NCBI GenBank assembly: GCA_965242695.1
Contig: CBDESU010000001.1
Location: 608,001 to 672,000, forward strand
Reading direction: 5' to 3'
DNA: 64,000 nt
From: Cenarchaeum sp.
GTDB taxonomy: Archaea; Thermoproteota; Nitrososphaeria; Nitrososphaerales; Nitrosopumilaceae
Part shown: positions 30,524 through 40,073 of the stretch, one piece after another
How the letters are laid out: each line of letters starts with the position of its first letter
Numbering within the stretch: position 1 is the first letter of the stretch
Position numbers and translations under genes: made by a program
Notes under the pieces: model-generated
Told to the model about the DNA's origin: nothing
The model's input: the letters and a program-made list of their open reading frames with translations, nothing else
Database searches by the model: none

Positions 30524-31024
30524 ATGGCAGTGCGGCGCGTGCACCTCGACACATGGGCGTTCATGGTGGTCCTCCTCGGGGGCAAGTATGCAAACGTCCT
30601 GATTGATATCATGCGGCAGAGCGGCCCGGGCTTGTACTCACTCGTCGCGTCACAGGCCGCGCTGGGCGAGGCCGACGCCGTAATACTGCGGCGCGGGAAG
30701 GATGCCGCCCAGATGTTCCTCTCACTTCTCGCGCTGCTCTTCGACCACCGGATCGATCCGGGCAGGTGCATGCCGCCCCTTGACGCCGCCGTGCTGGCGA
30801 TCGTCAACGAATTGATGGCCGTGGCCCCCGAGCTGGACATGACCGACAGGATCATACTTGCCCACGCCCTGGCCGATCCGGACTCTGCCTTTTTCATAAC
30901 GGGCGACTACAGGATGCTTAAAAACAACGCTGTCAAGCGATACGAAGAGCGGCTGCAGGCCCAGGGGCGCCGTCGTGAAAAGCTTGTGATTATACGCCCC
31001 ACCGCAGCATCCCACGTCTCTTGA
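30524..31024 (+). CDS. PIN-domain nuclease, copy 2
   Basis: 166 aa, acidic tetrad intact. Confidence 0.85.
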   Translation: MAVRRVHLDTWAFMVVLLGGKYANVLIDIMRQSGPGLYSLVASQAALGEADAVILRRGKDAAQMFLSLLALLFDHRIDPGRCMPPLDAAVLAIVNELMAVAPELDMTDRIILAHALADPDSAFFITGDYRMLKNNAVKRYEERLQAQGRRREKLVIIRPTAASHVS

Positions 31025-31580
31025 TCTCGCCTAGCGCATCGTCGACGACCTCGGGGTCGCGCCGCGTCAGCTCCAGCGCCCTGTCCCTCAACCCTGCCAG
31101 ATCCCACCCGCTGTCCATGTTTAAGTCCAGCATCGTGGTCGCCGCGTCCAGCCAGGCCTTGCTCCTGCCCTCGACCATGCCCAGGAACTCGCCCTCCCGA
31201 AACGACCCGGGCAGGACGGGCTCGGCCGCGGCGTACACGGCGCTGTCCCTGTCTGCAAGCCGGTCGATGGCGTCTGCCATCTCGTACGCCGCCGGCCCGC
31301 CGCCCATGTAAATGTCAAAGTCAAACCCCATGTCCAGCCCAAAGTACAGGGCCGTGTAGGCGTACTGCTGCACCCTGTCGATCACGTCCACGCCCTCCAT
31401 GCCGTCCGCGAGCGGGGGCCCAAACTCTATCAGTCCCTTTGATGCCAGGTACTTTATGAACCGGGCAAGCGGCGGCAGCAGCTCGGCACGGGCGCTCCTG
31501 CCGAGCATGTCGAGGCGCTCCTCGCGCGACTTTCGGGGCGGGTTTACAAGGCGCTCGGGCAGCGCAACCGCAAGGGCCAT
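30990..31580 (-). CDS. SocA/Panacea-like partner, copy 2
   Basis: DRVQQYAY..YFGLDMGFDFDIY..GP resembles the LQKxxY..F..y.yGP signature; WLDAATTM helix. Confidence 0.75.
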   Translation of the reverse strand: MALAVALPERLVNPPRKSREERLDMLGRSARAELLPPLARFIKYLASKGLIEFGPPLADGMEGVDVIDRVQQYAYTALYFGLDMGFDFDIYMGGGPAAYEMADAIDRLADRDSAVYAAAEPVLPGSFREGEFLGMVEGRSKAWLDAATTMLDLNMDSGWDLAGLRDRALELTRRDPEVVDDALGEIKRRGMLRWGV

Positions 31581-32037
31581 GCCGGCGCCCGACGCGCAGG
31601 GCCCAATAAGCCTTTGCGTGCGGGCCGCGCGGGATCACGCACGGAAGGGAGGAACAGCGCCCCCTTCGCCGCTGTGATTCCACTCGGTCGCGGTCGCCGC
31701 CGCCCCGAACCATGGTGTGACTGCGGCGTGGTAAGCGAACCGTGCCGGTGCGGGATGGAAGATGTCGTGCACAGGCCGCCGCACAGAGGCCGTCGTTCGT
31801 GTGGCCCATGCCGGTTGGTCCGTGCGCTGACGCCCTCCGCTCTGCGGGGGCGGCGGCGCCCGCGGCCCCGCCACAGATCGACGCTAGGGATGCGGGCTCT
31901 TGGATGCGGGAAGTAAGGCCGGACCGCCGCCTGCGCACCATGAAAAGGCGCCGCTGCGGGCGGATGGACCCGTGCGATGCCGCCGCCCCGCGGTGTGCCG
32001 CCGGCAGGTTTAAGCGCGGGCCGTCGGGCGCAGGGCC

Positions 32038-32538
32038 ATGGCGTTGCGGCGCGTGCACTTTGACACGTGGGCGTTCATGGAGGTGCTCCTCGGGGGCAAA
32101 TACGCGGATATTCTGGAGGATATCATGCGGCGGAGCGGCCCCGGCTCGTACTCGCTGGTCGCGTGCCAGGCCGCGCTGGGCGAGGCCGACGCCGTCATAC
32201 TGCGGCGCGGGAAGGATGCCGCCCGGATGCTGCTCTCGCTTCTCGCGCTGCTCTTCGACCACCGGATCGATCCCGGCAGGTGCATGCCACCGCTTAATGC
32301 CGCCGTGTTGGCCATAGTCAACGAACTGATGGCTGCGGTTCCCGAGCTTGACATGACCGACAGGATCATACTTGCCCACGCCCTGGCCGATCCAGACTCT
32401 GTCTTTTTCATAACGGGCGACACCAAGATGATCGGCAACGATGCGATCGCACGATACGAAGAACGGCTGCGGAATCAGGGGCGCCGTAGCGCAAAGCTTG
32501 TGGTTGTCGATCCTAGCGAAGCATCCCGCGTCCTTTGA
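32038..32538 (+). CDS. PIN-domain nuclease, copy 3
   Basis: 166 aa, acidic tetrad intact. Confidence 0.85.
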   Translation: MALRRVHFDTWAFMEVLLGGKYADILEDIMRRSGPGSYSLVACQAALGEADAVILRRGKDAARMLLSLLALLFDHRIDPGRCMPPLNAAVLAIVNELMAAVPELDMTDRIILAHALADPDSVFFITGDTKMIGNDAIARYEERLRNQGRRSAKLVVVDPSEASRVL

Positions 32539-33094
32539 TCTCACCGAGCGCATCGTCGACGACCTCGGGGCTGCACGGGATCAATTCGAGCGCCCGGTTT
32601 CTAAGCCTGCGCAGATCCCATCTTCCGTTCATGTTCAGGCAGAGCATCGTGGTAGCTGCACTAACCCACGCCTTGCTCCTGCCCTCGACCATGCCCAGGA
32701 ATTCGCCCTCCCGGAACGACCCGGGCAGGACAGGCTCGGCTTCCTCGTACACGGCGCTGTCCTCGGCAGACAGCCGGTAGATGGCGTCTGCCATCTCGTA
32801 CGCCGCCGGCCCGCCGTTGATGTAAATGTCAAAATCGAACCCCATGTCCAGCCCAAAGTACAGGGCCGTGTAGGCGTACTGCTGCACCCTGTCGACGACG
32901 GCCAGCCCCTCCCTGCCGGGCGCGAGCGGGGGCCCAAACTCCATCAGGCCCCTCGACGCCAGGTACTTTATGAACCGGGCAAGCGGCGGCAGCATCTCGG
33001 CGCGGGCGCTCCTGCCGATCATGTCGAGGCGCTCCTCGCGCGACTTTCGGGGCGGGTTTACGAGGCGCTCGGGCAGCGCAACCGCAAGGGCCAT
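32513..33094 (-). CDS. SocA/Panacea-like partner, copy 3
   Basis: 193 aa paralog. Confidence 0.75.
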   Translation of the reverse strand: MALAVALPERLVNPPRKSREERLDMIGRSARAEMLPPLARFIKYLASRGLMEFGPPLAPGREGLAVVDRVQQYAYTALYFGLDMGFDFDIYINGGPAAYEMADAIYRLSAEDSAVYEEAEPVLPGSFREGEFLGMVEGRSKAWVSAATTMLCLNMNGRWDLRRLRNRALELIPCSPEVVDDALGEIKGRGMLR

Positions 33095-33552
33095 GCCGGC
33101 GCCCGACACGCAGGCCCAATAAGGCTTTGCATGCGGGCCGCGCGGGATCTTGCACTGGAATAAGCCGTGCGCACCATTTCACCGCCGCCGCGATCCTGCG
33201 CGGGCGGTCGCGTCGCGACGAATCGGGACATGGCTGGGCGTGGCAAGCGAGCCGTGCCGGTGCGGGGTGGCGCAGGCCGCGCGCAGGCTGCCGCGCGTAG
33301 GCCGCAGTTACTCGCGTGGCCTGTCGGTCGGACCGCACGCCGCCGCCCTTTTCGATCTGCGGGGGCGGCAGCGCCCGCGTCCCCGCCATCGATCTGCGCC
33401 AGGGCCGCGGGCGCTGGCATGGGAGGAGGTAGGGCCGGAACCGCCTCGCTGCGCGCCGTGAAAGGCGCCGTTGCGGGCGAGTGGTGTCGCGGGATGCCGC
33501 TGCGCGCGGGCGGCGCCGGCAGGCTTGAGCGCGGGCCGCCGGGCGCCGTGGC

Positions 33553-34053
33553 ATGGCGGTGAGGCGCGTGCACCTCGACACGTGGGCGTTCATGGTGGTG
33601 CTCCTCGGCGGCAAGCTTGCGAACGTCCTAGGGGAGATCATGCGGCGGAGCGGCCCGGGCTCGCACTCACTCGTCGCGTCACAGGCCGCGCTGGGCGAGG
33701 CCGACGCCGTCATACTGCGGCGCGGGAGCGATGCAGCCCGGATGCTGCTCGCGCCGCTCGCACTGCTCGCCGACCACCGGATCGATCCGGGTCGGTGCAT
33801 GCCGCCGCTTGACGCCGCCGTGCTTGCAATCGTCAACGATCTGATGGCCATCGCCCCCGAGCTAGACATGACAGACAGAATAATACTTGCCCACGCCTTG
33901 GCTGATCCAGACTCTGTCTTTTTCATAACGGGCGACCGTGCCATGCTTAGGAACGACGACATACCACTATACGAGGAGCGGCTTCGGGCCCAGGGGCGTC
34001 GCAACGCAAAGCTTGTGATTATCAAGCCGTCCGAAACATACCACGTCTCTTGA
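33553..34053 (+). CDS. PIN-domain nuclease, copy 4
   Basis: 166 aa, tetrad intact; TATA altered to gcttgag. Confidence 0.85.
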   Translation: MAVRRVHLDTWAFMVVLLGGKLANVLGEIMRRSGPGSHSLVASQAALGEADAVILRRGSDAARMLLAPLALLADHRIDPGRCMPPLDAAVLAIVNDLMAIAPELDMTDRIILAHALADPDSVFFITGDRAMLRNDDIPLYEERLRAQGRRNAKLVIIKPSETYHVS

Positions 34054-34609
34054 TCTCGCTGAACGCATCGTCGACTACCTCGGGGTCGCGCCGCGTCAGT
34101 TCCAATGTCCTGCTTTTCAACCTGTCCAGATCCCGCCAGCTGCCTATGTTCAGGTCCAGCATCGTGGTCGCCGCGTCCAGCCACGCCTTGCTCCTGCCCT
34201 CGACCATGCCCAGGAACTCGCCCTCCCTGAACGACCCGGGCAGGATGGGCTCGGCCGCGGCATATACGGCGCTGTCCTTGTCGGCGAGCCGGTCGATTGC
34301 GTCGGCCATCTCGTACGCCGCCGGCCCGCCGCCCATGTAAATGTCAAAGTCAAACCCCATGTCCAGCCCAAAGTACAGGGCCGTGTAGGCGTACTGCTGC
34401 ACCCTGTCGATCACGTCCACGCCCTCCATGCCGTCCGCGAGCGGGGGCCCAAACTCCATCAGTCCCTTTGATGCCAGGTACTTTATGAACCGGGCAAGCG
34501 GCGGCAGCATCTCGTCGCGCGCGCTCCTGCCGATCATGTCGAGGCGCTCCTCGCGCGACTTTCGTGGCGGGTTTACGAGGCGCTCGGGAAGCGCGACCGC
34601 AAGGGCCAT
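34022..34609 (-). CDS. SocA/Panacea-like partner, copy 4
   Basis: 195 aa paralog. Confidence 0.75.
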   Translation of the reverse strand: MALAVALPERLVNPPRKSREERLDMIGRSARDEMLPPLARFIKYLASKGLMEFGPPLADGMEGVDVIDRVQQYAYTALYFGLDMGFDFDIYMGGGPAAYEMADAIDRLADKDSAVYAAAEPILPGSFREGEFLGMVEGRSKAWLDAATTMLDLNIGSWRDLDRLKSRTLELTRRDPEVVDDAFSEIKRRGMFRTA

Positions 34610-34745
34610 GCCGGCGCCCGACGCGCAGGGCCCAATAAGCATTTGCATGCGGGCCGCGCGGGATGTCGCACTAGAAGGATCGCGCGTCACTTCACCGCCG
34701 CCGCGATCCAGTATGGGCTGCCGCGCCGCGCCGAACAGGGACATG

Positions 34746-34920
34746 GCTAGGCGCAGCTAGGCGCAGCTAGGCGCAGCTAGGCGCAGCAAGCGGGCCCTGC
34801 CGGTGCGGGATGGGGCAAGCCGTGAGCAGCCCGCCGCCACTGTCCGCGCGGTCCCAACCCGTTAGACTACCGCCGCCGTCCGCGCGGTCCCAACCCGTTA
34901 GACTACCGCCGCCGTCCGCG
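34746..34920. repeat. 10-bp x4 (gctaggcgca) and 36-bp x2 tandem repeats in the intergenic spacer
   Basis: Directly visible. Confidence 0.8.
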
Positions 34921-35116
34921 ATCCGCGGGATCAGCAGCGCCTGCAGCCCCGCAATCGACCGATGCCCGGGCCGCGGGCGCCGGAATGTGGGAAGTGGGAC
35001 AGGAGCTGCCACGCTGCGCGCCGTGGAAGGCGCATTGCGGGCAAACAGACTCGCGGGATGCCGCCGCGCGCGGGAGGCGCCGGCAGGTTTAAGCGCGGGC
35101 CGCCGGGCGCAGGGGC

Positions 35117-35617
35117 ATGGTACGGCGGCGCGTGCACTTTGACACATGGGCGTTCATGGAAGTGATCCTCGGAGGCAAGCATGCGAACGTCCTGAGGGAG
35201 ATCATGCGGCGGAGCGGCCCAGATTCGTACTCGCTGGTCGCGTCCCGGGCCGCTCCGGGTGAGGCCGACGCCGTCATACTGCGACGCGGGAAGGATGCCG
35301 CCAGGATGCTCCTCTCACTCCTTGCACTGCTCGCCGACTATAGGGTGGATCCGGGCAGGTGCATGCCGCCCCTTGACGCCGCCGTGCTGGCGATCGTCAA
35401 CGAGTTGATGGATGCGGTTCCCGAACTGGACATGACCGACAGGATCATACTCGCGCACGCCCTGGCCGACCCAGACTCGACCTTCCTCATAACGGGCGAC
35501 TATGCGATGCTTGAAAACAAGGCCATCGTACAATACGAGGAATGGCTGCGGTCTCAGGGGCGCCGCAACGAAAAGCTTGTGATTATCAAGCCGTCCGAAA
35601 CATACCGCGTCTCTTGA
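35117..35617 (+). CDS. PIN-domain nuclease, copy 5
   Basis: 166 aa, tetrad intact. Confidence 0.85.
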   Translation: MVRRRVHFDTWAFMEVILGGKHANVLREIMRRSGPDSYSLVASRAAPGEADAVILRRGKDAARMLLSLLALLADYRVDPGRCMPPLDAAVLAIVNELMDAVPELDMTDRIILAHALADPDSTFLITGDYAMLENKAIVQYEEWLRSQGRRNEKLVIIKPSETYRVS

Positions 35618-36173
35618 TCACGTCGAACGCATCGTCGACGACCTCGGGGTCGCGCCGCGTCAGTTCCAGCGTCCTGGCTTTCAATCCCTCCAGATCCCAG
35701 CCGCCGCGCAGCCTCAGTGCGATCATCGTGTTTGCCGCATCCAGCCACGCCTTGCTCCTGCCCTCGACCATGCCCAGGAACTCGCCCTCCCGAAACGACC
35801 CGGGCAGGACGGGCTCGGCCGCGGCGTACACGGCGCTGTCCTTGCCGGCGAGCCGGTCGATGGCGTCGGCCATCTCGTACGCCGCCGGACCGCCGTTGAT
35901 GTGAATGTCAAAGTCGAACCCCATGTCCAGCCCAAAGTACAGGGCCGTGTAGGCGTACTGCTGCACCCTGTCGATCACGTCCACGCCCTCCATGCCGTCC
36001 GCGAGCGGGGGCCCAAACTCCATCAGTCCCTTTGATGCCAGGTACTTTATGAACCGGGCAAGCGGCGGCAGCATCTCGTCGCGGGCGCTCCTGCCGATCA
36101 TGTCTAGGCGCTCCTCGCGCGACTTTCGGGGCGGGTTTACGAGGCGCTCGGGCAGCGCGACCGCAAGGGCCAT
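35586..36173 (-). CDS. SocA/Panacea-like partner, copy 5
   Basis: 195 aa paralog. Confidence 0.75.
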   Translation of the reverse strand: MALAVALPERLVNPPRKSREERLDMIGRSARDEMLPPLARFIKYLASKGLMEFGPPLADGMEGVDVIDRVQQYAYTALYFGLDMGFDFDIHINGGPAAYEMADAIDRLAGKDSAVYAAAEPVLPGSFREGEFLGMVEGRSKAWLDAANTMIALRLRGGWDLEGLKARTLELTRRDPEVVDDAFDVIKRRGMFRTA

Positions 36174-36373
36174 GCCGGCGCCCGACGCGCCCGCCCAATA
36201 GGGCTTTGCATGCGTGCCGCGAGGATCCCGTGCCGGAATGGGAGGGCGTCTCTTTGCCGCCCGCGCGATCCCGCGCGGGCGCGGCCGGCGCCTCGCCGAG
36301 CCTGGGCCATGCGCAGCGGCGGCCGCGGCCGCCGCGCGCCGGCAAAAATAGGGAAAAAGGCAGCAGCGAAGCG

Positions 36374-37930
36374 CTACTGGAACGGGTCGATGAACGGGCA
36401 GTTCACGATGTGGTCAGAGTCCATGGGCCTTGCGATCGAGACGGTTACGAGGCCGTCGGCGACCATCGCGTCGATGTCGGCCTTTGTCTCGAGCAAGGAC
36501 GCCTCGGACGGGTCGCCCCACGTGACTAGGTATATCCTCCACATGGGCGAGTACGTCTCGTCGCCTAGCGCCGCTGTCGCGATGCCGGGCTGGAACCCGA
36601 GGGGCCCAGTCCCGGCGATGCCGTTGGTGAACTGGTACAGGTCGACGGCCGCCGGGCTGGCGATCATCGATGCGCTCGTCGGCGCGCTCACGACCCCCAT
36701 CATGTCGGCGGGCCCCGCGGGCGTCGCATCCGTTACGATATAGTACGACGTGCGGCCGTCGGGCCCCCAGCCCCTGTGGGCCACGAACGTGACGGTCATC
36801 GCGTCGGTGTCGATGTCGATCACCTGTCCTCCCCCGTACGGGGTGTCGTCTGCCAGCGCCGCGTCCTCCTTTACGGCCATCTGGCCGCCGGGCCACACTA
36901 TATGCGGCATGTTGAGGACTACGGGGAGCTCGGTGAGGACGACGTCGCCGTCGGCCTCTGCCTCCAGCACGTCTGCCTCGGACGTGAGCATGCGCGGCTC
37001 GGCCCCCTCGTTCCACGTGACGTGCACGTGGCCCGTCAGGGCGCTGTACTCGCCGGCCTGCTCGGGCGTGGACGTAAAGACCTCGCCTTGGTGGCCGTGC
37101 ACTCCGGGTCCCTCTATGCCGTTGGTGAACATGTACGTCGTCGACAGGGCCTCGTCCGGCGCGTCGGCCAGGACGGGCGCAAGCTCTACGTTCCAACCCT
37201 TTGCCTCGCTGATGATCTGCGCATGCGTCGGGTCGCTCGAGTCGGTCGTAATGTAGTAGACCGGCTCTCCCTCGTAGTATCCCATGCTCATGGGAATGAC
37301 GGCAGGCACGTTGGCCCTTGACAGGCGCAGCGTCGGCGTCCATTCTCCGTCCTTGTCCTTCATCTTGTCCTTGTCCTTCATCTTGTCCTTCATCCTCTCC
37401 TCGTCCTTGTACTTTTCCTTCTTGTCCTTCATCTTGTCCTTCATCCTCTCCTCGTCCTTGTACTTTTCCTTCTTGTCCTTCATCTTGTCCTTGTCCTTCA
37501 TCCTCTCCTCGTCCTTGTACTTTTCCTTCTTGTCCTTCATCTTGTCCTTGTCCTTCATCCTCTCCTCGTCCTTGTACTTTTCCTTCTTGTCCGCCATAGC
37601 GTCGTCGGACTGCTCGGCGCCGGGCGCCGTGGCCGCCTCGTTGGCCGCCCTGGCCGCCGCGATGCGATCGTCCGCGCTAGGCTCGGCGTCCCCGCCGCCC
37701 ACGGAGGATGCGCGCTCGGCGGCCGCCTCCCTCATGGACGCCTCGAACGCCTTGCGCCCGCCGGGGTACTCGGAGCACAGCCGGTCGCCGCACACCTGGT
37801 CCCGCGTGATGCCGTACGCCCCGGCCGCATGCGCGCTCTCCGGCGCGCCGCCTGCCAGCCCGTACGCAAGCCCCACGGATAGGAGGGGCAGCACTGCAAG
37901 TGCCAATAGACTCTTTCTCGTTGAATTCAT
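36374..37930 (-). CDS. Exported thaumarchaeal-type protein with K/D/E/M-rich repeat linker and duplicated C-terminal domain
   Basis: Signal peptide MNSTRKSLLALAVLPLL; VCGDRLCSE motif; two related YYI(T/V)TD..YxFTNGIxGxG..GxQ halves. Confidence 0.85.
   Translation of the reverse strand: MNSTRKSLLALAVLPLLSVGLAYGLAGGAPESAHAAGAYGITRDQVCGDRLCSEYPGGRKAFEASMREAAAERASSVGGGDAEPSADDRIAAARAANEAATAPGAEQSDDAMADKKEKYKDEERMKDKDKMKDKKEKYKDEERMKDKDKMKDKKEKYKDEERMKDKMKDKKEKYKDEERMKDKMKDKDKMKDKDGEWTPTLRLSRANVPAVIPMSMGYYEGEPVYYITTDSSDPTHAQIISEAKGWNVELAPVLADAPDEALSTTYMFTNGIEGPGVHGHQGEVFTSTPEQAGEYSALTGHVHVTWNEGAEPRMLTSEADVLEAEADGDVVLTELPVVLNMPHIVWPGGQMAVKEDAALADDTPYGGGQVIDIDTDAMTVTFVAHRGWGPDGRTSYYIVTDATPAGPADMMGVVSAPTSASMIASPAAVDLYQFTNGIAGTGPLGFQPGIATAALGDETYSPMWRIYLVTWGDPSEASLLETKADIDAMVADGLVTVSIARPMDSDHIVNCPFIDPFQ
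37345..37592. repeat. Charged tandem repeats (MKDKDKMKDKKEKYKDEER)
   Basis: Directly visible, about 4 units of variable length. Confidence 0.85.
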
Positions 37931-38140
37931 TGCGGCACGGCGCGCCGGGTCGCTAAAAAGAGTTGCCCCAGGTGCGGCCGGCGCCCGCCGCAGGGCGCCA
38001 CGCGCAGGCGCGCGGCCCGGCCATGCGCCGCCGCCGCAGGCGGCCCGTGCGCCGCCGCGCGGCCCGGCCGGCCAGGGCGCGGCGGCAGCGGCGATCGCCG
38101 GCAGGGCGGGTTTATAACGGGCCGCTCTTCCGCACCGGCC

Positions 38141-38518
38141 ATGTCGGATGAACGCAGCTATGCGACCATGATCTGCTGCATGGACGGAAGGATCCACGGC
38201 CCGCTCGTCGAGTGGACCCGGAAGAAGGCCAACGTCAACTACGTCGATGCGGTCACCGAGCCGGGCGCGGACAAGATGCTCTCGCACTCGCCAGAGGTGG
38301 CCGATCAGCTACGGAGGAAGGCAAAGGGCTCGATAAGGGCGCGCGGCTCCAAGCTCCTCGTGGTGGCCGGCCACGCGGGGTGCGCGGGCAACCCCGTCAG
38401 CGAAGAGCAGCACCGCAAGGACGTTGCGGACAGCGTAAAGGTCGTGCAGGGATGGGACACCGGCGTCGACGTGGTCGGCGTCTGGGTCGGCGACGACCGT
38501 ACGGTCTTTCCCGTATAG
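38141..38518 (+). CDS. Beta-class carbonic anhydrase-like protein
   Basis: CMDGR and HxxC zinc ligands, TEPG; tttataa TATA at 38111. Confidence 0.8.
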   Translation: MSDERSYATMICCMDGRIHGPLVEWTRKKANVNYVDAVTEPGADKMLSHSPEVADQLRRKAKGSIRARGSKLLVVAGHAGCAGNPVSEEQHRKDVADSVKVVQGWDTGVDVVGVWVGDDRTVFPV

Positions 38519-38575
38519 CGGGAACGCGCCCGCCCTTTTTCTGATTTTCCGCGGCATGCCGCGCGCGCGGGCCGC

Positions 38576-38683
38576 CCTGCCCTACGGGTGCGCCACGGCG
38601 GCCGATGCGACGTGGCATGAGGCACGAACCGGTCTCACACAAGGAGCCTGCCCTACGGGTGCGCCACGGCGGCCGATGCGACG
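38576..38683. repeat. 37-bp perfect direct repeat flanking a 34-bp unique insert (site 1)
   Basis: cctgccctacgggtgcgccacggcggccgatgcgacg at 38576-38612 and 38647-38683. Confidence 0.9.
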
Positions 38684-39459
38684 GCCGCGGCGGCCGCGCT
38701 GCCGAGCACGACGTCGTAGGTTCCCATGAATATCTTGGCGGCGACCACGAACAGGACGCCGGCGACCAGGACTCGCAGGTACGTGTCCCTGACCCTCTTG
38801 GAGAGGCGCGCGCCGAGCATGCCGCCGGCGAACGCGCCGCCCATCATGTACAGGGCGTGCGTGAGGTTCATGTCGCCGAGTATCGCGTGCGCGGCAAGGC
38901 TCGAGGACGAGACGAACAGGAGTATGAACTGCGACGTCGGCGCGGCCCGCCACGCGGCCATTCCCATGACGACGACCAGGAGGGGCATGAAAACGACGCC
39001 GCCGCCGACGCCGAACAGGCTCGACAGGACGCCGGCAAAAAAGCTCGCGCCGGCGGCCATTACCATGACCAGGCCGGCGCGCCTGCGCCTGCCCGCCTGC
39101 CCGGCGCGCCTGCGCAGCAGCATGTACGCGGCGGACGCGACGATCACCATGGCGAAGAAGAACTTGAACATGTCGGGGGATATGTCAGACGAGATGAGCG
39201 CGCCGACTGCGATTCCCGGGACCGCCATGAGGCCTAGCGTGAGCCCCTCCCTGTAGTCGATCCTCTTCTGGCGGTAGTACGATATGGTCGACGACGACGA
39301 GTTTGCCAGTACGGCGAACAGGCTGTTGGTCGCCGCTATCGGGGGCGGGACTCCGGCGAGCGTGAGGACGGGGACGATGATCACGCCGCCGCCGAGGCCG
39401 ACTATGGAGCCGAGGGCGGCCGCGGCGGCGGCCAGGCCGGCCATCCACAGGTCGATCAC
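38653..39459 (-). CDS. TauE/SafE (TSUP) family sulfite exporter
   Basis: GSIVGLGGGVIIVPVL and SLFGVGGGVVFMPLL repeats; about 8 TM; tttata box upstream. Confidence 0.9.
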   Translation of the reverse strand: MIDLWMAGLAAAAAALGSIVGLGGGVIIVPVLTLAGVPPPIAATNSLFAVLANSSSSTISYYRQKRIDYREGLTLGLMAVPGIAVGALISSDISPDMFKFFFAMVIVASAAYMLLRRRAGQAGRRRRAGLVMVMAAGASFFAGVLSSLFGVGGGVVFMPLLVVVMGMAAWRAAPTSQFILLFVSSSSLAAHAILGDMNLTHALYMMGGAFAGGMLGARLSKRVRDTYLRVLVAGVLFVVAAKIFMGTYDVVLGSAAAAAVASAAVAHP

Positions 39460-39586
39460 GGCGCGGCCTGCGGGGGGGCCGTATAAACAGCATGCGGGCG
39501 GCGGGCGATGGGGCGGCCGCCGCGGCCTCGGGGCCTCGCGCCTGCCAAGCGAAGCCCGTATATGGAGGGGGGATGCGGCAGGCTGC

Positions 39587-40030
39587 GTGAGCGTTGCCGT
39601 AGGGACAAAAAGGCCGGCGCAGCGGAGCGCGCAGGCCGCATCTGGACTGGAGGCGGGCCGGGCCGGCTCGGCGCTGTCGCAGGAGGCCAGGGGCGACATC
39701 CACGAGGTGCGCGCCGTGCTCAGGGCGCTCATGGAAGATCAGCCGGCGCACGTGATGGCGAAGCTAAGGGCGCGCCTCGATGACCTCTTGGACGCCCGCC
39801 TGGACGCCCGCATAGACGACAACATAGACGCCCGCATAGACGCCCGCATAGACGCCCGCGTGTACGACCACCTAGACGATATCATGGATGCGCGCATGGA
39901 TGAGCGCGCGGCCGGCTTCAGGACCAGCGCGCACGAGGGCGGATACGACATAGTAGAGGTGTACAGGTACGATGTCGCGAGGCACAGCCCGATGTCCGGC
40001 AGCTGGCCGCGCGATCGGGCCTCCAAGTAG
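39587..40030 (+). CDS. Coiled-coil protein with DARI tetrapeptide repeats, paralog 1
   Basis: GTG about 25 bp after gtatat; near-identical to 40504..41010. Confidence 0.7.
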   Translation: MSVAVGTKRPAQRSAQAASGLEAGRAGSALSQEARGDIHEVRAVLRALMEDQPAHVMAKLRARLDDLLDARLDARIDDNIDARIDARIDARVYDHLDDIMDARMDERAAGFRTSAHEGGYDIVEVYRYDVARHSPMSGSWPRDRASK

Positions 40031-40073
40031 GCATCGCATGCGCTGCCAACGCAATCCTTTTGACGGCGTGCGC

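Larger units (their letters stand above)
27403..36173. repeat. Tandem array of five PIN / SocA-like convergent gene pairs, period about 1.5 kb
   Basis: PIN starts at 27403, 30524, 32038, 33553 and 35117; the first interval includes a 1.6-kb IS. Confidence 0.95.
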
